From Pseudomonadota bacterium (GTDB taxonomy: Bacteria; CALINM01), in assembly GCA_026415985.1 (NCBI GenBank), contig JAOAGA010000001.1, forward strand, positions 1 through 60,163: 60,163 nucleotides of DNA, in the 5' to 3' direction. A program made the translations under genes and the position numbers. The notes beneath the pieces were generated by a model. It worked only from the letters and a program-made list of their open reading frames with translations. It ran no database searches and was not told the DNA's origin. Positions 1-9,605 of the stretch are shown piece by piece. Every line of letters starts with the position of its first letter. Positions within the stretch are counted from its first letter, which is position 1.

Positions 1-824
1 CTATACATGGGTGAGTTTTTTATAATTCTGAAGGGTAAACCACAGGGCGAACCGGGCTTATAGGCGACAATTATATCTTCTTTTCTAAGATTAGTTACCG
101 CAAGTTTGTAATCATAGGTGGCACCGCTTTCTTCTGCAACTAAAAACCTTGTTCCCATCTGTACCCCGTCTGCGCCTAATGAGAGCATTTTTGCAATATC
201 TTCTGCGGTAACTATTCCGCCTGCAACAATAACAGGAAAATCTCCGTACTTTTTAGCAGTTTCTTTAACCTGAGGCAGTAAAGACTCTAATTTGTGTTCT
301 TCCTTGTCAATATCCTCAATTCTAAATCCTAAATGCCCACCCGCTAAAGGACCCTCTAAAATACAGGCATCGGGTCTGTATCCCTGTTTCTCCCATTTTC
401 TACAGATAAGATCTAAAGACCTTGCAGAGGATACAATTGGTATTAATGCGGTATCTTTTGGTTTTGTAATAGAAGGAAGGGATAACGGCAAGCCTCCTCC
501 TGATATTATTGCATCTACACCGCCATCTACAGAGGCACGGACTGAATCTTCATAATCTTTTGAAACTGCGACCATTATATTGATACCGACCGCCCCGGTA
601 GATTCCTTTGCTAACTCAATTTCTTTTCTTACCGCTTCGTAGGTGGTAAATTTTTTCCCGTATCTTTTTGTCAGAATTCTATCAAGAGCTGCGCTTGATA
701 TTACACCCATACCCCCTTCATTAGCCACTGCTTTTGCAAGTTGATGTAATGAAACACCTATACCCATCCCACCCTGTATTATAGGGAACTTGATTGCTTT
801 ACCTTTGATTGTAAGATTTTTCAT
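1..824 (-). CDS. FMN-dependent oxidoreductase of the nitronate monooxygenase / FabK-like (2-nitropropane dioxygenase) family; C-terminus cut by window edge
   Basis: Absent from the ORF track because it runs off the window. My minus-strand translation from ATG 824-822 reads MKNLTIKGKAIKFPIIQGGMGIGVS...LEGPLAGGHLGF...VIVAGGI...GADGVQMGTRF, which are typical NMO-family TIM-barrel motifs. Confidence 0.8.
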   Translation of the reverse strand, partial: MKNLTIKGKAIKFPIIQGGMGIGVSLHQLAKAVANEGGMGVISSAALDRILTKRYGKKFTTYEAVRKEIELAKESTGAVGINIMVAVSKDYEDSVRASVDGGVDAIISGGGLPLSLPSITKPKDTALIPIVSSARSLDLICRKWEKQGYRPDACILEGPLAGGHLGFRIEDIDKEEHKLESLLPQVKETAKKYGDFPVIVAGGIVTAEDIAKMLSLGADGVQMGTRFLVAEESGATYDYKLAVTNLRKEDIIVAYKPGSPCGLPFRIIKNSPMY

Positions 825-1114
825 AAAAAGACTTTACCTAATTTTATTTTAGTTACAGTTTAACACTAATAACTTTTTTTTCATACAAAAATATTTTTTA
901 ATAAGACAGGGTAGATTTACAAATGGATAATAACAAAGGACAGGATTGGAGATAAGAATAAATGAAAATAAGGTTTTAAAACATTATTTTAATCCTGTTT
1001 TAATCAGTTTGATGACTATCTCTTATCTAAGCCTTTAATTAGCATATTATCCCACATTATGATATTTTTAAGACCTTGCTTTATTGCCAAACTTATTCTA
1101 TATTTTTAATGGGT

Positions 1115-1528
1115 ATGAAATTTTATACAGAGTATATTACATTCAATACAAGAAATAAAAGAGAGTTGGTTAAAATTACTGAAGAAGTTGACAGGGTATT
1201 AAAAAAGTCTGAAATAAAAGAAGGAATGATATTAGTCTCTGCAATGCACATTACAGCGGGAGTTATTGTAAATGATGATGAAATGGGCTTACACAAAGAT
1301 ATCTGGACCTGGCTTGAAAAGCTGGCACCCTTCGATATAAACTATAATCATCACAGGACTGGTGAGACCAATGGCGATGCCCATCTTAAAAATATAATCT
1401 GTCATCATCAGGTAATTGTCCCGGTTACTAAGGGTAAACTTGATTTAGGACCCTGGCAGGAAATCTTTTATGCTGAATTTGATGGTCAGAGACCCAAAAG
1501 GCTCATAATTAAAGTAATGGGTGAATGA
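1115..1528 (+). CDS. YjbQ/UPF0047 family protein (secondary thiamine-phosphate synthase-like)
   Basis: MKFYTEYITFNT...MHITAGVIVNDDE...NGDAHLK...GPWQEIFYAEFDG match the YjbQ family. The track ORF starts at TTG 1076; ATG 1115 gives the usual family N-terminus. Confidence 0.8.
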   Translation: MKFYTEYITFNTRNKRELVKITEEVDRVLKKSEIKEGMILVSAMHITAGVIVNDDEMGLHKDIWTWLEKLAPFDINYNHHRTGETNGDAHLKNIICHHQVIVPVTKGKLDLGPWQEIFYAEFDGQRPKRLIIKVMGE

Positions 1529-2508
1529 TGAGAACCAGAAAAAGGCAAGATACAGAGCTTTCTTTTACAATTAATAGTATCGATACCTTGAGGAAGGTGC
1601 TCGGTCATAGAAATGAGTATATTAACTACATTGAAAAAAAACTTCCCATTCACATACACCATAAGGGAAATGTTATAAAAATTGTTGGTGAAGAAAGTTA
1701 TGTTGATAATACAAAGCTTCTTTTTGACAGAATGATAGGGCTTATCGAGAAGAAAAGAGATTTAAATCTTTTTGAGATAGATTATCTGATAAAAAATCTC
1801 TTTGCCGATGACCGGGATGTTCAGGAACTAATGGAAGACGTGATTGTTATTACCCCCCGGAAAAAGCCAATAGCACCTAAAAATCCTTCTCAAAAAAGAT
1901 ATGTCGATGCCATAAGAAAGAATGATATGGTTTTTGCCATAGGGCCAGCGGGGACAGGAAAAACTTATCTGGCAGTTGCGGTTGCTATAGCAGAGCTTTT
2001 AAGTCATAAGGTTCAGAGAATAATTCTCACGAGACCTGCCGTTGAGGCAGGAGAAAAGTTAGGATTTTTGCCGGGTGGGCTTGCAGAAAAGGTTGACCCT
2101 TACTTAAGACCTCTTTATGATGCCCTCTATGATATGCTTGATTATGATAAGGTTATGAGGTTTCTTGATAAAGGCATTATTGAGATAGCTCCCATTGCCT
2201 TTATGAGAGGGAGAACCTTGAATGATTCTTTTGTTATTATGGATGAGGCACAAAATACTACATCAGAACAGATGAAGATGTTTCTTACAAGATTAGGTTT
2301 TAACTCAAAGGCAGTAATCACAGGTGATATAACTCAGATTGATATACCAAAAGAGCAGAAATCAGGGCTTGTAGAAGTGCAGAATATATTGAAAGATATA
2401 GATGGTATTGAATTTATCTATTTTACAGAAAAAGATGTAGTTAGACATCCGCTTGTTCAGGATATAATTAAGGCTTATGAAAGATATAACCTTATCAAGA
2501 AGGGGTAA
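1525..2508 (+). CDS. phoH: PhoH-like ATPase (PhoH/YbeZ family)
   Basis: Walker A GPAGTGKTYLAV, and DEAQNTT...ITGDITQIDIP typical of PhoH. Its ATG overlaps the yjbQ stop. Confidence 0.9.
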   Translation: MMRTRKRQDTELSFTINSIDTLRKVLGHRNEYINYIEKKLPIHIHHKGNVIKIVGEESYVDNTKLLFDRMIGLIEKKRDLNLFEIDYLIKNLFADDRDVQELMEDVIVITPRKKPIAPKNPSQKRYVDAIRKNDMVFAIGPAGTGKTYLAVAVAIAELLSHKVQRIILTRPAVEAGEKLGFLPGGLAEKVDPYLRPLYDALYDMLDYDKVMRFLDKGIIEIAPIAFMRGRTLNDSFVIMDEAQNTTSEQMKMFLTRLGFNSKAVITGDITQIDIPKEQKSGLVEVQNILKDIDGIEFIYFTEKDVVRHPLVQDIIKAYERYNLIKKG

Positions 2509-2512
2509 AGAG

Positions 2513-2917
2513 ATGAGAAAAATTTTTTTACTTTTTATATTTGCCTTTCTTTTTATGGGGCTTGGCGGAGTAGGTGATGATGAGACCAAACTTCCCAGAT
2601 TAAAGGAAAATATTAAAGTTGAGCTAACTGACACCGATGGTTACAAGGTTTTTCTGGATAATGTTTCTGTTGCCGATTTATCCTATTTGTCCGGTAGGGT
2701 AGGTAAGGGAAAACAGATAGTGGAGTTAAATCAGATCAGAAAGATTGAGTTTAAAAGTCTGTCGGAGAAAGAGATTAGGGCTGATTTATATATGAAAAAC
2801 GGAGAAAAAATCAATCTTATCCTTCAAGGTCAGCAAAAGATAAAAGGTAAGTCTCCCTACGGTATTTTTTCAATAAAGTTAGCGGACGTAAGAGAGATAG
2901 TTATTATAGGTCAATAA
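2513..2917 (+). CDS. hypothetical small exported protein
   Basis: Signal-like N-terminus MRKIFLLFIFAFLFMG starting at internal ATG 2513, with AAGGGG 8 nt upstream. No family recognised. Confidence 0.5.
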   Translation: MRKIFLLFIFAFLFMGLGGVGDDETKLPRLKENIKVELTDTDGYKVFLDNVSVADLSYLSGRVGKGKQIVELNQIRKIEFKSLSEKEIRADLYMKNGEKINLILQGQQKIKGKSPYGIFSIKLADVREIVIIGQ

Positions 2918-2920
2918 AAG

Positions 2921-2941
2921 GGCAGGGAGTTTAACCCTGCC
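2921..2941. terminator. GC-rich hairpin between convergent genes (candidate bidirectional intrinsic terminator)
   Basis: ggcaggg-agtttaa-ccctgcc followed by gtttatt. It lies in the 29-nt gap between the stop at 2917 (+) and the stop at 2947 (-). Confidence 0.55.
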
Positions 2942-2946
2942 GTTTA

Positions 2947-3216
2947 TTATTCCCCTTCGTAAGCCTTTTTTATTGCTTCTTTTCCTGCCGATACAGCATC
3001 TGATATAGCCCTTTTTTGTTCTGCAATAAAATCCTTGGTGTCATCTAATAAGTCGGCGATTTTATCTTTCACTGCCTCTGCGGAATCTTTAATCTTTTCT
3101 CTGGTTTCCTTCCCTGACTGAGGTGCGAAAAGCAGAGCAAGGCCTGCACCAATTGCCGCACCTGATATTAAACCTACTAAAAATGCTCCAAAATTTGATT
3201 TTTCTTCACAACTCAT
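2947..3216 (-). CDS. YtxH-domain general-stress-type small membrane protein
   Basis: GAFLVGLISGAAIGAGLALLFAPQSGKETREKIKD is the YtxH signature. Confidence 0.8.
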   Translation of the reverse strand: MSCEEKSNFGAFLVGLISGAAIGAGLALLFAPQSGKETREKIKDSAEAVKDKIADLLDDTKDFIAEQKRAISDAVSAGKEAIKKAYEGE

Positions 3217-3217
3217 C

Positions 3218-3619
3218 TTATTCCTCCTTTTTTTGCAATTTTTTTAAATAATATCCTAAAAGTGTGCTCGCCCCTGTCTGGATACCTAATTTAAGAATCG
3301 ATATCTTGGATCTCGTTTGTGTAAAAGTCTGCTTTAGGTTATCAATGACATTTTCGGCAGTTGATACAGACTCTTTGATTTTATTGGTTACCTCTTTTGC
3401 ATTGTCGGTTATTTCTTTTACTGAACCTGCTATGTGGTTAAGATTTGATAATAAATTTCTTGTCTCAGACAAAACGGGCTGAACTTCTGATTCAAACTTT
3501 GAGAACTTTTCTTTTAGAATCTCACCTTCTCTTTTCAGTCCTAAAAAGATGAGTAAAAAAATTATGAAAATAGCGATAATTACGATAGTCTGTATGACAA
3601 CAAAGATTTCTAACATCAT
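3218..3619 (-). CDS. DUF948 (YtxG-like) membrane protein
   Basis: N-terminal TM segment followed by a long helical region (SETRNLLSNLNHIAGSVKEITDNAKEVTNKIKE), typical of DUF948. It lies directly upstream of the YtxH gene. Confidence 0.65.
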   Translation of the reverse strand: MMLEIFVVIQTIVIIAIFIIFLLIFLGLKREGEILKEKFSKFESEVQPVLSETRNLLSNLNHIAGSVKEITDNAKEVTNKIKESVSTAENVIDNLKQTFTQTRSKISILKLGIQTGASTLLGYYLKKLQKKEE

Positions 3620-3643
3620 AATCTCCTTAACTTTTTAATTAGA

Positions 3644-4369
3644 TTATACCTCACTTTCTTTTTTTTGCAAATTTTCTCTTCCGGTAAGGTAAACTATTAC
3701 AACGCCTAACTCATATAAAATCTGCATAGGCACCATCATGAGCATCAGATTAAAAACATCCGGTGTTGGTGTCAATAATGCGGAAACTATTGAGTTTATG
3801 AGAATAAAAAATCTTCTTTGTTTATTTAAAAACTTGGCGGTAATAAAGCCTAATCTTCCGAGGACGAACATTATAAGGGGAAGCTCAAACATTATACCGA
3901 AGACAAGTAAAAATGTGAATACAAAAGAGATGTAGGAAGACAGTGCTATCATCGGCTTTATATCTTCTGTTTGATACTGCAGTAGAAACTTAATTCCAGA
4001 CGGTAGAACATAGACATAACAAAAATAAATTCCCGAGTAAAAGAGAACGGTTCCTGCCATTATTATCAGATATAAAAAATTTTTGCCTATACTGGTGAAT
4101 TTAACAATGGTTTTTGAAATCTCGAAGATTATATAAGGAACTATGATAAGAAGTGAGAGAAAAAAGGCCACTTTTAGATAAGACATAAAGGCTTCGGGAA
4201 GGGAATACAGTACAAGTTTCATATTAATAATTGACACAAGTTTTTGCAGGATATCTTTTACAAAGTAAAGCAAGGAAAAAAATATTACTCCACAGATAAT
4301 AGCAATTCTGATAAATATCTTTCTTACATCTCTGAGTATTGCCAATCTTTTTTCGTCAAAAAGTTCCAT
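3644..4369 (-). CDS. tatC: twin-arginine translocase subunit TatC
   Basis: Six-TM profile, and LLTPTPDVFNLMLMMVPMQILYELG at the C-terminal end is typical of TatC. Confidence 0.9.
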   Translation of the reverse strand: MELFDEKRLAILRDVRKIFIRIAIICGVIFFSLLYFVKDILQKLVSIINMKLVLYSLPEAFMSYLKVAFFLSLLIIVPYIIFEISKTIVKFTSIGKNFLYLIIMAGTVLFYSGIYFCYVYVLPSGIKFLLQYQTEDIKPMIALSSYISFVFTFLLVFGIMFELPLIMFVLGRLGFITAKFLNKQRRFFILINSIVSALLTPTPDVFNLMLMMVPMQILYELGVVIVYLTGRENLQKKESEV

Positions 4370-4803
4370 TAAAACTTAATCCCTTCTTTTTTTAGTCTTT
4401 CTCTAAGCTCTTTCTCTTTCTTTTCATCGCCTTCGGAAACTACAAATAAAAGATTTAGCCTTCCCTCTTTAATTTCTGTTTTAAACCCCATTTCTTCAAT
4501 TTTTTTTGAGGTCTTCTTTGCGTTACTGATATCTTTGAATGCCCCAACCTGAATATGAATTTTATTCTTCTCGGGTAATTTCACCTTTTCAGGGATGGAA
4601 GAGATGTTTTTAAAGGCAGAATAGTTTGAAAATTGTATTTTTACCCTGCTTTTAGCATCGGAAGGCAAAAGTGATTTAGCCTCCAATTCCATTGATTTAT
4701 ATAGCTCTCCAAGATGTAGCCCCAGATAAAATACCATTATGTTTAGAATTATAGAAAAAATGATTATTATAATAAAGCTTGTTCTGCTAATTTTAATAAA
4801 CAT
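4369..4803 (-). CDS. SPOR-domain membrane protein
   Basis: N-terminal TM segment. The C-terminus IHIQVGAFKDISNAKKTSKKIEEMGFKTEI resembles the SPOR peptidoglycan-binding repeat. Confidence 0.65.
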   Translation of the reverse strand: MFIKISRTSFIIIIIFSIILNIMVFYLGLHLGELYKSMELEAKSLLPSDAKSRVKIQFSNYSAFKNISSIPEKVKLPEKNKIHIQVGAFKDISNAKKTSKKIEEMGFKTEIKEGRLNLLFVVSEGDEKKEKELRERLKKEGIKF

Positions 4804-4805
4804 TT

Positions 4806-6449
4806 CTACATTTGCTCCGGTGCATCAACTTTCAAAAGATATAAGCCTCTTTCAACAGTTATTTTTAAAAGTTTAAGAAGATTTATTCTGCTTATGGTAA
4901 GCTCTGTATCATCTTCATTTATAAACCTGTGGGCGTTATAATAACTATGAAATATCTGGGCAAGATTAATTAAATAATAGGAAAGTAAATGGGGTTCTGA
5001 TCTCTCGGCGATATCAAAAAGTAAATCCGGAAATGAAAGGATCTGATAGATTAGTTCTTTTTCTTCATCAAGATCAAGTCTGTTAAAATACGGTTCTATC
5101 TTATCAACGTCGATTCCTTTTTCCTTTGCTACCCTGAGTACACTGTTTATTCTTGCATACATATACTGGACATAAAATACAGGGTTATCGGTGGTTTTCT
5201 GTTTGACCAGTTCTATATCAAAATCAAGGGGGCTGTCATTTTTTCTTGTTAAGAACATGAACCTCATCCCGGATTTTCCTACCTCATCAAGGACTTCCCT
5301 GAGCGTAATAAAATCACCTGCTCTTTTTGACATAGTAACCTGTCTGCCTGCTCTGAATAAGCTTACCATCTGAACCATTAAAATACTTAGTTTTTTCTCG
5401 TCATAACCAAGTGCCTTTATAGCAGACAGGACACGTTTAACATATCCATGATGGTCTGCACCCCAGATATTGACGTAATAATCAAACCCTCTTTCAAACT
5501 TATTTTTGTGATAGGCTATGTCTGAGGCAAAATAGGTTTTTTCTCCATTTTCTTTAATAACTACTCTGTCTTTATCATCACCGAACTCTGTCGATTTAAA
5601 CCATATCGCTGAGTCCTTTTCGTAAAGATAACCTTTGTCTTTTAGTTTTTCTATTGTTCTGTCTACCTCTCCACTATTATAGATAGACCTTTCTGATATG
5701 TAATTATCAAAAACTACTTCAAAGTCCCGCAAATCATTCTTTATCCAACCCAAAACAATATTTTTACCAAAGTCACTTGCCTTTTCTATGTTTTCCTCCG
5801 TTTCACCGAAAAAACCATTTTCTTTAGAAAATTCCTTAGCTAAATCAATTACATATTCTCCTAAATACAGTCCCTCTTCGAACTCAACCTTTTCGCCCTG
5901 AAGCTCTCTGCATCTTCTTAGGATTGAGATACCTAAGTTTCTGATCTGACTTCCCGCATCATTAATATAGAACTCCTCAATAACTTCGTTGCCCAACTCT
6001 TTAAGGATAAGGGCTAATGTAGAACCTATGGTCGCTCCCCTTCCATGTCCTATATGCAGAGGGCCGGTTGGGTTAGCGCTGACATACTCTATTAATATCT
6101 TTTTCGGTTTCTCAGTTTTTGGCTCAAGAAAATTTCTGAAACTACCAGAAAGATTTTTCAGGTATTCCAGGATATGAGAAAAATTGAGAAAAAAATTTAT
6201 AAAACCCGGTCCTGCTATCTCTATCTTCTCAAAAAAGGGGGATGATATGTTCTCAACAATTATTTTTGCTATCTCACGGGGATTTTTTCTAAGTTTGCTT
6301 CCTAAAAGCATTGCAATATTAGTAGAAAAATCCCCATAATCTTTTTTTCCAGGAATCTCAATTTCATAGTCAGGTAATGTTTCAAAATTGAGTTTATCCT
6401 TCAGATTAATCAAATTACTTTCAATTATTTCTTTAATCTGTCTTCTCAC
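4806..6449 (-). CDS. argS: arginine--tRNA ligase
   Basis: ANPTGPLHIGHGR (HIGH region), MSKRAG (KMSKS-like) and the C-terminal DALR-type anticodon-binding region. Confidence 0.95.
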   Translation of the reverse strand: MRRQIKEIIESNLINLKDKLNFETLPDYEIEIPGKKDYGDFSTNIAMLLGSKLRKNPREIAKIIVENISSPFFEKIEIAGPGFINFFLNFSHILEYLKNLSGSFRNFLEPKTEKPKKILIEYVSANPTGPLHIGHGRGATIGSTLALILKELGNEVIEEFYINDAGSQIRNLGISILRRCRELQGEKVEFEEGLYLGEYVIDLAKEFSKENGFFGETEENIEKASDFGKNIVLGWIKNDLRDFEVVFDNYISERSIYNSGEVDRTIEKLKDKGYLYEKDSAIWFKSTEFGDDKDRVVIKENGEKTYFASDIAYHKNKFERGFDYYVNIWGADHHGYVKRVLSAIKALGYDEKKLSILMVQMVSLFRAGRQVTMSKRAGDFITLREVLDEVGKSGMRFMFLTRKNDSPLDFDIELVKQKTTDNPVFYVQYMYARINSVLRVAKEKGIDVDKIEPYFNRLDLDEEKELIYQILSFPDLLFDIAERSEPHLLSYYLINLAQIFHSYYNAHRFINEDDTELTISRINLLKLLKITVERGLYLLKVDAPEQM

Positions 6450-6460
6450 AGTAAACTCCC

Positions 6461-7534
6461 TTAAAAAGGTCTGAAGTCCATATCAGCCTTTAGTGATAAA
6501 ATGGCGTTTTTTAACAACCTGATGGTGTTGTCCAGATCTTTTTCTGAAAGCATCTCCACTGGCGTATGCATATATCTCAGGGGAACTGAAACAAGACCGG
6601 TAGCAACTCCTCCGCGGGTAAGTTGCATTACATTAGCATCAGTTCCTGTTCCTCTCGGATGCCCCTCTATCTGATAGGGGATTTTATTATTTTTTGCAGA
6701 TTTGACAAGAATATCATATATATGAGGGTTTATATTTGGTCCTCTTGTAATAATCGGGCCACCCTCTAACTTGCTCTCCCCGACTATCTTCTCATCAACT
6801 GAAGGGAAATCTGTTGCAAAGCCTACATCAACCGCTATCCCTACCTTTGGATTTATATTGTAGGCCGAGACAGTAGCTCCTCTAAGACCTATCTCTTCCT
6901 GAACAGAGGCAACACCGAAGACATTTACGTCCAGATCATCTTTTACTTCTGCCAATGCCCTCAGAGTTTCTGCCACACAAAAGGCTCCCATCCTGTCATC
7001 AAAACCTCTTCCTATCAGGTATCCGTTAAGAAGCCTTTCGAGCCCGCAGTCAAGCGTTATAGGGTCACCGATATTTACGTATTGTAGTGCCTCTTTCTTG
7101 CTTTTTGCCCCAATGTCTATAAATAACTCATGTATCTTAGATACCTTTTCTCTCTCATTTGCCTCTAAAAGATGAATAGGCTTCTGCCCGATTACCCCCT
7201 TAATTTTGCCTTTTTCAGAGTGTATCCAGACTCTAAAGCCGGGAAGTAATCTAACATCAATCCCACCAATTGATGAAAAATAAATGAACCCCTTCTCACT
7301 AATATACTTTACCATAAGTCCGATCTCATCAATGTGGCCTGAGATCATCACATTATAGGTGTTTTTATTTGGTGATTTAATCTCTCCGTATACATTGCCC
7401 ATTGTATCTACAAACACTTCGTCGCAGAACTTTTCAGTATATTTCTTGAAAAGTTTTGAAGCATTTTCTTCAAAGCCTGACGGGCTTGGTAGTGCGATAA
7501 GATTCTCAAAAAAACTCATAGCACTCTTGTTCAT
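6461..7534 (-). CDS. M42 family metallo-aminopeptidase (FrvX/endoglucanase-like)
   Basis: PSPSGFEE, GHIDEIG, GRGFDDRMG and VQEEIGLRGA motifs of M42 peptidases. Confidence 0.9.
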   Translation of the reverse strand: MNKSAMSFFENLIALPSPSGFEENASKLFKKYTEKFCDEVFVDTMGNVYGEIKSPNKNTYNVMISGHIDEIGLMVKYISEKGFIYFSSIGGIDVRLLPGFRVWIHSEKGKIKGVIGQKPIHLLEANEREKVSKIHELFIDIGAKSKKEALQYVNIGDPITLDCGLERLLNGYLIGRGFDDRMGAFCVAETLRALAEVKDDLDVNVFGVASVQEEIGLRGATVSAYNINPKVGIAVDVGFATDFPSVDEKIVGESKLEGGPIITRGPNINPHIYDILVKSAKNNKIPYQIEGHPRGTGTDANVMQLTRGGVATGLVSVPLRYMHTPVEMLSEKDLDNTIRLLKNAILSLKADMDFRPF

Positions 7535-8532
7535 AATTCCCCCTTTTTTCCTTTTATCTGATAGTGATAGACCGCTTTGTTATGTTTTTTCAATTCTGAT
7601 GAAAAATAATGGGTTCCGTCATTTTTTGCCACAAAGTAAAGATAATCGGTTTTTGCCGGGTTAATCGCAGCTAAGATAGCGGACTTTGATGGGTTTGCTA
7701 TGGGAGTGGGAGGCAATCCATCGACAACATAAGTATTGTAGGGATTCCTCGTCATTAAATCTTTTTTTGTTAAGTTATAATCAAACCTTTTAAGGCCGTA
7801 CTGAACTGTAGGGTCAAACTGAAGCCTCATTCTTTTTTTAAGTCTGTTTTCAATAACAGATGATATTAGTTGCATTTCTTCCTTTACCTTAGCCTCTTTT
7901 TCTATGAGGGATGCTTTAATTAAAATTTGGTGAATATCTTTTGGAGATTTATCAAAGATATTTATCTCCTTTAAAACATCAAAAGTCTTATTAACCATAG
8001 CGGATATGATCTCTTCTTCTTTTGCTTCAGGGTCAAAAAAGTAGGTAGCGGGGTGCAGGTATCCTTCCAAAGAAGAAACATCTAATCCTAAAGTCTTTAT
8101 AAAATTTTTATCCTTTACAAGGGAAAGAAACCTTTTTTTGTCACCTATCTTTTGATTTTCTATTATTTGAGCTATCTGATAGATATTATATCCTTCCGGC
8201 ACGGTGAATTTATGTCTCTCAACTTCTCCTCTGATCATCTTTTGCCAAAGACTTTTAGGAGTGCTGTCTTTAGTAATGAGATAGTAACCGTAAAGGATAT
8301 TTCTGTCACCCCCCACTATTTTAATCAGAATTTTAAAGTATATCTTGTTTTTTATAACCTCTTCTTTGACCAAATTATCTATAATCTTCGAAGTTGAATC
8401 GTTTTTTTCTACCTTAAAAAGTTTATCCTCCTTAACGGGTAATGGTGAGTTAATGTATGAATAAAAAGATACGGTAAATGAACTCAAGATTAAGATAATT
8501 ATTATTAAGAAAATGATTGTAAAGCGTTTCAT
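7531..8532 (-). CDS. mltG: endolytic murein transglycosylase MltG (YceG family)
   Basis: N-terminal TM segment, ASLIEKEA and LQFDPTVQYG...YNTYVVDGLPPTPIANPS motifs. Confidence 0.9.
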   Translation of the reverse strand: MKRFTIIFLIIIILILSSFTVSFYSYINSPLPVKEDKLFKVEKNDSTSKIIDNLVKEEVIKNKIYFKILIKIVGGDRNILYGYYLITKDSTPKSLWQKMIRGEVERHKFTVPEGYNIYQIAQIIENQKIGDKKRFLSLVKDKNFIKTLGLDVSSLEGYLHPATYFFDPEAKEEEIISAMVNKTFDVLKEINIFDKSPKDIHQILIKASLIEKEAKVKEEMQLISSVIENRLKKRMRLQFDPTVQYGLKRFDYNLTKKDLMTRNPYNTYVVDGLPPTPIANPSKSAILAAINPAKTDYLYFVAKNDGTHYFSSELKKHNKAVYHYQIKGKKGEL

Positions 8533-8957
8533 TATTTTTTGTCCTCAGCGGATCTAAGATAGCTTTCAAGAATCTTAACCGCCGATAACATGTCAATTAT
8601 CTGACGTCCTTTCTTTTCTGAGTATCCCGCTATTTTTAGTATCTCCTTGGCAGATGCAGTTGTCATAGTCTCATCAATATACTCAACAGGAATATCAGTA
8701 AAATCTTTTAGCTGTTCGCAGAATCTTTTAACCGATTCAAACATAGTGCTTTTCTTCTCGCTTATAGGCAACCCCATTACAATTTTTCCTATATTTTCGG
8801 ACGCTATTATTCTGATAATTTTTGGAATATCTTTTTTATTTCCCTCTCTTTTTAAAACACAATAGGGCTGTGCTAACAACAGGGTTTCATCTGTCATGGC
8901 AACGCCTATCCTTTTTGTTCCCAAATCAAGAGCCATTATCTTTTTCCCCTTTTCCAT
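8532..8957 (-). CDS. ruvX: putative pre-16S rRNA nuclease / Holliday junction resolvase-like RuvX (YqgF)
   Basis: MALDLGTKRIGVAMTD N-terminus and conserved synteny with mltG. Confidence 0.9.
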   Translation of the reverse strand: MEKGKKIMALDLGTKRIGVAMTDETLLLAQPYCVLKREGNKKDIPKIIRIIASENIGKIVMGLPISEKKSTMFESVKRFCEQLKDFTDIPVEYIDETMTTASAKEILKIAGYSEKKGRQIIDMLSAVKILESYLRSAEDKK

Positions 8958-8996
8958 ATTGACTGTAAATAAATAATCTGATAGTTTAGTTTAAAT

Positions 8997-9575
8997 ATGA
9001 TAACAGAACTCATAAAAAAATTAAAACCATTCCTTATGGATAGTGATATAAAAGTTGCGGAAAAAGCGGGAAAGGCAATTCACAGGTTACAGGCAAAGGC
9101 CTTTTTTGAGAGAATGTTAGGTGAGTTTCCCAAACTCTCAGAAGAAAAGAAGACAAAGCTTATCAATGAACTTAAGGCAGTTTCCCCTAAAAACTATCTG
9201 GAATATATTAATTTGGGGTTGAGTGACGAAAACAAATATGTCCGGGCATTAACTGTTAAACAGATAATCGAGTTTAATGATCCAAGAATGATAGAGAAGG
9301 TTCTACCGCTGATAAACGACAGCGAGTCAATAGTCAGAAAAATAGCCTATGAGTTTTTAGGTCTCTTTGGAATTGAGAAGCTTGCACCAATCTTAAACAA
9401 AAAGCTCGAACAGGAAAATGACCCCGATGCATTATTGTCGTTAATTGATGCTATTGGTTCAATAGGGCACTTAGATTCTCTTGATTTTTTGATAGCTATG
9501 CTACAGAAAGAAACAAGGGCGGGTGTCAGGGGAAAACTTGTAGAGGCGATAGGCAAGTTAAAGGTTGGTTTATAA
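8997..9575 (+). CDS. HEAT-repeat (PBS-lyase HEAT-like) protein
   Basis: Repeated D/N-x-x-x-VR-x-x-A motifs (ENKYVRALTV, SESIVRKIAYEFLG, AGVRGKLVEAIG). Confidence 0.6.
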   Translation: MITELIKKLKPFLMDSDIKVAEKAGKAIHRLQAKAFFERMLGEFPKLSEEKKTKLINELKAVSPKNYLEYINLGLSDENKYVRALTVKQIIEFNDPRMIEKVLPLINDSESIVRKIAYEFLGLFGIEKLAPILNKKLEQENDPDALLSLIDAIGSIGHLDSLDFLIAMLQKETRAGVRGKLVEAIGKLKVGL

Positions 9576-9605
9576 ACATTTAAAATATCCGTGAGGTTAG
9601 AAAAT

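Noticed and set aside
292-555. 87-aa plus-strand ORF.
   Set aside because: It lies fully antisense inside the well-supported NMO/FabK-like gene. Its composition is low-complexity and Ser/Pro-rich, typical of a shadow frame.
936-1032. Interleaved inverted repeats (acaggatt...agataaga...aatcctgt...tcttatct) that suggest a pseudoknotted RNA in the 290-nt spacer before yjbQ.
   Set aside because: The arms are only 8 nt in a very AT-rich spacer, so chance matches of this size are expected. It has no resemblance to any riboswitch core I know.
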